Of a stretch of 64,000 nt of DNA, positions 59,116 through 64,000 are shown in pieces. Source of the stretch: Desulfatiglandales bacterium. Lineage in GTDB: Bacteria; Desulfobacterota; DSM-4660; Desulfatiglandales; Desulfatiglandaceae. The stretch is from positions 3,264,001 to 3,328,000 of the forward strand of contig OY759599.1 in assembly GCA_963662465.1 (NCBI GenBank), read 5' to 3'. The notes below the pieces were generated by a model. That model did no database searches. It was given only the letters and a program-made list of their open reading frames with translations, and was not told where the DNA came from. The position numbers and the translations under genes are program-made. How positions within the stretch are numbered: the stretch's first letter is position 1; every line of letters begins with the position of its first letter.

Positions 59116-61209
59116 TTATTGAAAATTAAAGACTTGTTGTTTTGAGTTTCTTGAAAGCGGGCTCTTTGGAAGCCCGGAATGAGCTGCCTTTTTTATCACT
59201 TCAGATTCAAGGTCCTTTTTTGAAATGATCCATGGAGCACCGGAACATACTCGCTTGGCGGGTAGAATCTCATGTTGTATAAGTCTCCAAACTTTGGTGC
59301 TGCCAATACCCAGCCTTTCGCTTGCTTCAGCTACCGTATATTCTTCTCGTCGCTGCCTCTCTCCTTCATGATATACAGGGATATTATGCCTATTTCGAAA
59401 TGAACGCAACCTTACCGGATTCCAGGTATATCCCTTTGTAGTCTTTGTACCCACACGGTTGAGAAAGGCCACGATGTGTTTATCAGGCATAATTCTAGCC
59501 AAATCGGATATTATCTTTTTTGTATCAACATCGGTTTTCAATGGGTAACTGGAAGACTTATTCTTCAATACCTCCAATTCCGTATGCTCACCCCCTTCCC
59601 AGTGAATGATTAATTTGATCTTTTGATCTTCCAAATAAACAACGATCTCTTTGATAACCGTCCGGATTATACGCTTCTTTAAATCCAAAGAGCAAAACGG
59701 ATCATTCCATACACGAGGTAAATCTTTTGATAGATCTCTGATCTCAGTCTCCTCCTCAGGGGAAAGCGAAGGGGTGTTCGATCCCATGGCGTCAACCTCA
59801 TTCTCCAATCTTGCTACCTTAACAAGAGCGTCATTCCAATCCTTCTCCAATGTAGATGCTACCAAACGATTATCAGGGTCTACTGCATTGTATTGACGTT
59901 TTGCCCGTAAAGCTTCATAACGCGCTTGTTCCAACTCCAGTTCCCGTTGCCGTTTCACTGAATCCGATTCATGGTTGATTTTCTTTATCGCCTCTAAAGA
60001 AGCTTCTAATCCTATCGGTGATAATACTTTCAAAAGAAAATCCGTAACAGCCCGGTCAACACGAAATCCACCAAATGATATACACGCCTTTCCTGTCTCG
60101 GTACCTCGTTTGCGGCTACACTCATAACGTTTATGAGTTCCATTACGGCCTTGGTATCGTACAATTAACTTTCTGCCGCAATGACCGCATCTTAACAAAC
60201 CTCCAAGCAATGCCTTTCCTCCGCGAACAGATCCTCTCACCACCGGCCTTTTCTTATTTGTATTTTGAGTTAGTATCTCCATGTTATACTGGTACTCTTC
60301 CCATGTGATGTAACCTTCATGGTGATCCAATATTAAAACGTCCCAATCCTTTTGTTCCTTACGAATACCCTTCCTCAGTCGCTTGCGCCCATTTTCAAAA
60401 GTTACCTCTGTTTTAGTCCGGCCATAGGCGTAGGCACCGGCGTAAATTGGGTTGTTCACTATATGCGAGAAGGTATGAGCAGACGGTAGTTTCCACTCTA
60501 TCCTACGTTCCCCTTTACCGCTGGAAACAACAGCAATCTCAATCTGTTTATCTAAAAACCAATGATACACCCGACGAAGGGTACCATATTCCTTGAATTT
60601 CGTGAATACCAAATCAATGACTTCTTGAATTCGTTTGTCAGGATTCTTTTTCAGCTTATTATCCCTGGTCTTTATATAGGCTGCCGGTACAGTAAGATAT
60701 AATTCTCCCCGCTTCGCTTTTTGTTGTATTGCCGCCTGAGAACGTTCCTTTAATAGGCTCAATTCCATTGCACTCATTTCTCCCTTTAAGCCCAGGAGCA
60801 AACGATCATTTGACACGTTTAGGTCATAAACAGCTCCTTGGTCTACAAGAACCGTTTTTTTAAGTGCACAGATCTCAAGCAACGTATGCCACTCTCGACC
60901 GTTGCGGGCCAACCTCGATGATTCAATCGAGAAAATACCCCCTATTCTTCCTTCACACACAGATGAAAGAAGATTCTGGAATCCTTTTCTGTCAACGCAT
61001 CCCGATGCAGTTATTCCCAAATCACTATCTATCATCCATATGTTTTTCTCGTTCCATCCTAATTCTTTTGCCCTTTCTACCAAGCCATATTGTAAAAGTT
61101 GGCTTTCACGATGCTGTAGAACTTGGCCCGGTGTTGACTGACGGATATATATACATGCTTCCCGACTAATATGTTCAGCATTGATTTTATTGCTCATGCT
61201 CATTTCCAC
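59116..61209 (-). CDS. large serine recombinase with zinc ribbon and C-terminal HTH (Y4bA-like)
   Basis: YIRQS catalytic motif, SRLARN, NPIYAG recombinase domain, LLRCGHCG...YEC, C-terminal YTVAEASERLGI. Confidence 0.95.
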   Translation of the reverse strand: MEMSMSNKINAEHISREACIYIRQSTPGQVLQHRESQLLQYGLVERAKELGWNEKNIWMIDSDLGITASGCVDRKGFQNLLSSVCEGRIGGIFSIESSRLARNGREWHTLLEICALKKTVLVDQGAVYDLNVSNDRLLLGLKGEMSAMELSLLKERSQAAIQQKAKRGELYLTVPAAYIKTRDNKLKKNPDKRIQEVIDLVFTKFKEYGTLRRVYHWFLDKQIEIAVVSSGKGERRIEWKLPSAHTFSHIVNNPIYAGAYAYGRTKTEVTFENGRKRLRKGIRKEQKDWDVLILDHHEGYITWEEYQYNMEILTQNTNKKRPVVRGSVRGGKALLGGLLRCGHCGRKLIVRYQGRNGTHKRYECSRKRGTETGKACISFGGFRVDRAVTDFLLKVLSPIGLEASLEAIKKINHESDSVKRQRELELEQARYEALRAKRQYNAVDPDNRLVASTLEKDWNDALVKVARLENEVDAMGSNTPSLSPEEETEIRDLSKDLPRVWNDPFCSLDLKKRIIRTVIKEIVVYLEDQKIKLIIHWEGGEHTELEVLKNKSSSYPLKTDVDTKKIISDLARIMPDKHIVAFLNRVGTKTTKGYTWNPVRLRSFRNRHNIPVYHEGERQRREEYTVAEASERLGIGSTKVWRLIQHEILPAKRVCSGAPWIISKKDLESEVIKKAAHSGLPKSPLSRNSKQQVFNFQ

Positions 61210-61365
61210 CTTTCTTTTCTCGAAATGTCAACCGAAAATTGACCTCTTGCGACAACCGAATTTTGACCCCCATATGAGTAATTGTAAGCTGCGACGAAGT
61301 CATAGAAGGCTCCGGTGGCTCCTGCCGAAATATCCATTAAAAGAGCGACCATAACCGCACCTTAG

Positions 61366-61572
61366 TCAGCTTCCGACCAGATAATCATCTGGTAAGTCGA
61401 GAAAACCCTTTTTCGTCGCTAATTCGAGTTCAATCAAATACCCTATCTCGCCTTTCATTTTGATCTGTGAAACCATCCACTTCGGTAACCGAATCGTGAC
61501 GGGGATACGCCTCAGATGTTCAGGACTCCTTTTTCGACCAGCGCCTTTTCGACTCCCACCTCTCATTTTCAT
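61366..61572 (-). CDS. small putative DNA-binding protein (copy 2)
   Basis: AAGGAG RBS; RGGSRKGAGRK, VTIRLP. Confidence 0.65.
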   Translation of the reverse strand: MKMRGGSRKGAGRKRSPEHLRRIPVTIRLPKWMVSQIKMKGEIGYLIELELATKKGFLDLPDDYLVGS

Positions 61573-61771
61573 CGCTCCTTTTCACCTTCAAATTCGTCCA
61601 ATATTTTTGAATACCGTGTACGTTTTTCAGTTAAACACCTATTTCTATCGGAAAATAAGCTATTTATGATTTATCGTTACGATTTTTCTGAGTCGGATTA
61701 AGCTGCTTGCTTCAACAACTCCAGTCTCTTGACTGCTTCCAATATCAGACCGCGATTTTACGTTAGTGAAA

Positions 61772-61963
61772 CTACTTCTCTTTTCTATTTCTGTTACCCT
61801 CAGAATTTTGCCAGAAACCTGACAGAAGCTCTGCAAGGAAATCAATCAATCTATTTCGTGTTTCTATTGGAATTTCGATCGGTGATGGTAAATAATCCCA
61901 AAGCCGAAGTTGATGATATTTTTGTTTCGTCATCTTTCCTCCTTGTTTTCGAATTGACTTCAT
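61772..61963 (-). CDS. small hypothetical protein of the recombinase element (copy 1 at 57017-57208)
   Basis: GGAGG before MTKQKY; identical in both copies. Confidence 0.55.
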   Translation of the reverse strand: MKSIRKQGGKMTKQKYHQLRLWDYLPSPIEIPIETRNRLIDFLAELLSGFWQNSEGNRNRKEK

Positions 61964-62252
61964 CAGGAGGAAACGGTATTTTTCTATTCACTATTAAGCA
62001 ATATAAATTCTTAAGCGCCCTGATTTCGATAGCGGGTTTTGAGCCGAGGGATATCTTTTCATACTTTGGATTGGTCATCCACGCAGGTATCAATTCATGG
62101 CGACCATCAGGTTTCTTTGTTACAAAACAAGTTTCTCCACGATGCTTTCTGGTACCTACCACATAAATTTCTTCACCGGTTCTTGGGTGAAATGGGTAAT
62201 ATACCCGAGTTATAAACTGGTTTTGATGGGCATTATATAGTGGTTCTGAGGG
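61851..62252 (-). CDS. start-less body of a DUF5372-like gene; 5' end supplied by 59086-59110 on circularisation (copy 1 at 57096-57497)
   Basis: YPFHPRTG...IPAWMT motif; frame open across the 13-bp core. Confidence 0.75.
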   Translation of the reverse strand, partial: PSEPLYNAHQNQFITRVYYPFHPRTGEEIYVVGTRKHRGETCFVTKKPDGRHELIPAWMTNPKYEKISLGSKPAIEIRALKNLYCLIVNRKIPFPPDEVNSKTRRKDDETKISSTSALGLFTITDRNSNRNTK

Positions 62253-62325
62253 GGCTCGGGGATGGCAACATCCCCCGGCTACCCGGCGTATTCTTTTAAG
62301 TGTGTCGAGAGATGGAGGAAAAACA

Positions 62326-62697
62326 ATGGGATTGCTCGATTTTATAGGCGGAAAGAATTTTAGGCAATACAAGGTTGCTCTAAATTGTCTCATGGCAAAA
62401 GCAACTTTTGCACAAGCAGATGATGATATGCGGTCTGCTGCGGTTTTTCGTTCATGGCGTGTTCTTGAGAAAATGGGTTTCAGTGACCCGACAAAGAGTT
62501 TTGAAGAAATGTCGGAAAAAGAGAAATGTGCTACCCTTGCTTTTGCTTTCGCGGAAATGGACACTCCACCTCCTTTTGAAAAAGAATCTTGGCAGTATGT
62601 AGCTCGACCTTTCGTGAATATTCTTAATTCAGATATTGCATTTACAGCAGCACAGCGTCATTTAAAAAAAACATATGGTGTTGAGATAGGATTTTGA
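62326..62697 (+). CDS. cassette hypothetical protein
   Basis: GGAGG RBS; stop abuts attC. Confidence 0.75.
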   Translation: MGLLDFIGGKNFRQYKVALNCLMAKATFAQADDDMRSAAVFRSWRVLEKMGFSDPTKSFEEMSEKEKCATLAFAFAEMDTPPPFEKESWQYVARPFVNILNSDIAFTAAQRHLKKTYGVEIGF

Positions 62698-62823
62698 GCT
62701 AACCATGTGTTGCAGTGGATCGGGCGACAGCGCGCCTTCGTTAACCGCTGTCTTTTAACAATCTTTTTCGTTTTCTGGTCGGCTGCCTCGATTCGACGCC
62801 CGCCCACTAACACTACGTTATGG
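62697..62823 (+). repeat. attC site
   Basis: AGCTAAC ... GTGTTGCAGTGGATCGGGCG / CGCCCGCCCACTAACAC ... GTTATGG. Confidence 0.82.
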
Positions 62824-63437
62824 CCAATACAAAAATGAATACTATTGATATAATAAATTCATTACGACTATTTAACGAAAAGGCGGAAAAGCTTGAGCGG
62901 TTGAGTTTCGTTGAAACAATTCGCAAATATAACAGTGGCTTTTCTATCGAAATTAGCAAAAGAAAGGATGGCCTTTACGACCTTATACAAGAAAGGAGAG
63001 GGCCTCTTGAAGAAGCTATTGATGCCTTTGTTTTAACGATAAGATTTTTCATTCAAGATAACGAAGCAATTTCCTTTAAAAATATAGCGTCGTTATATGA
63101 ATGTACTCCTGTAAATAACAAAATCAAAACTGACTTCAATAATATCAGAAAACAACTCAATGATTATCTTGATTCGAATTCAGGAATGGCAATTACCATC
63201 AATGATGAAACTTTAAATCACAGAAATATACTAGATATAATCACTTATGGTAACCTCTCACACGCAAATCCTCAAAAAAAAGAAAAATTTAACTTTTGGG
63301 TTAGAAGTCCTTTAAAAGCTATGTTAGAAAATGATTTCGTGTCTTCATTAACTGTTTTATTTTCAGCAATAAAGTCAATATACAAATTGAACACAATTGT
63401 TATTGATATCCTAGAGGAATCAAAGGATGTTCCGTAG
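62820..63437 (+). CDS. cassette hypothetical protein
   Basis: AT-rich ORF starting at the attC core. Confidence 0.7.
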   Translation: MANTKMNTIDIINSLRLFNEKAEKLERLSFVETIRKYNSGFSIEISKRKDGLYDLIQERRGPLEEAIDAFVLTIRFFIQDNEAISFKNIASLYECTPVNNKIKTDFNNIRKQLNDYLDSNSGMAITINDETLNHRNILDIITYGNLSHANPQKKEKFNFWVRSPLKAMLENDFVSSLTVLFSAIKSIYKLNTIVIDILEESKDVP

Positions 63438-63491
63438 CATTTGGCATCGCTACGAATGATCTGGAGCGACCAGAGTAGTGGAGGATTCAAG

Positions 63492-64000
63492 ATGCCCAGA
63501 GCAGGTGAAACCAACCGATGGCCGCCCAAAACTAACGAAATGCCAAACCTTTTAAGGCCAGACACGAAACTATCCCTCAACGTCGCGTTTAACGCAACTT
63601 TTCGTGCGGCTGGGCCGCTCAATCGTAAAGCCAGAGCACTTTGGATCAATTACGTTCGGTTAGTTGATCAATTGATTTGGGAATACGAGGCTGCCCGTGA
63701 TGCACTACAAGACTATGTGGACACACCTAACACAACGCTGAGCCCATTGTTTCGAGCCATTGCCCATATGGAAACTTTGGTCAACACGATGCGGAGAGCA
63801 ATTCTTTTCGCGCGCAGAATGCGACGTCATAAAGACAGCCCACAAATCGAAAAACTAAACGTCCTGAGCGGAAATGCTGGGGATCGAATTGTAGAAATTC
63901 GCAACGCAATTGAACATCTCGAAAATAAGATTCTGGAGGGCAAGATTACCCAAGGTGAACCAACTACATTATTGGTCCAAAGCGACCGAATTGAATTGCT
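63492..64000 (+). CDS. hypothetical helical protein with RxxxxH motif (partial)
   Basis: GGAGG RBS; open to the window end; IRNAIEH. Confidence 0.6.
   Translation, partial: MPRAGETNRWPPKTNEMPNLLRPDTKLSLNVAFNATFRAAGPLNRKARALWINYVRLVDQLIWEYEAARDALQDYVDTPNTTLSPLFRAIAHMETLVNTMRRAILFARRMRRHKDSPQIEKLNVLSGNAGDRIVEIRNAIEHLENKILEGKITQGEPTTLLVQSDRIEL

Larger units (their letters stand above)
59073..62252 (-). mobile_element. serine-recombinase integrative element, copy 2 (intact; 3167 bp as a circle)
   Basis: Direct repeats GTGGTTCTGAGGG at 59073-59085 and 62240-62252. Confidence 0.93.
58313..62287 (+). mobile_element. group II intron 4, ORF-less (~808 nt when restored), split between domains V and VI
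   Basis: Near-identical to intron 3; domain V 59046-59079; domain VI 62253-62287. Confidence 0.9.

Noticed and set aside
61851..62564. 237-aa ORF as a real full-length gene
   Set aside because: Its 5' part is antisense to a cassette gene and intron domain VI and is absent from copy 1; only the portion inside the element is conserved.

Overview
The window looks like chromosomal DNA of an anaerobic Desulfobacterota-type bacterium (inferred from gene content). 1-23.3 kb is core/catabolic DNA: a cNMP-HDOD protein, MFS transporter, SPOR-NlpC/P60, asnA, a selenocysteine peroxiredoxin plus one or two unannotated candidate selenoproteins, TetR, a YCF48/RND/DUF1302/DUF1329 module and a hydantoinase A/B - CoA ligase - acyl-CoA dehydrogenase operon. 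From 23.7 kb to the end is an integron: intI, a putative attI at ~24822, and a cassette array with 10 complete attC sites and one half site. The most striking content is a nested mobile system. (i) Four non-IIC group II introns (one with an RT, three ORF-less) sit on the TOP strand 6-7 nt after the G|TT crossover of attC sites. (ii) Two of the ORF-less introns are interrupted at the domain V/VI junction by a ~3.2-kb large serine recombinase element with a 13-bp duplicated core, GTGGTTCTGAGGG. (iii) That element carries a gene split across its two ends: the RBS and ATG lie at one end and the coding body at the other, joining in frame only on excision/circularisation. (iv) One copy is further hit by an IS. 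Other cassettes include an IS91-like transposase as first cassette, a FeeM/FeeG-like biosynthetic mini-cluster with homopolymer tracts, toxin-antitoxin pairs and many secreted proteins. Family assignments come from motif recognition by eye; no searches were run.
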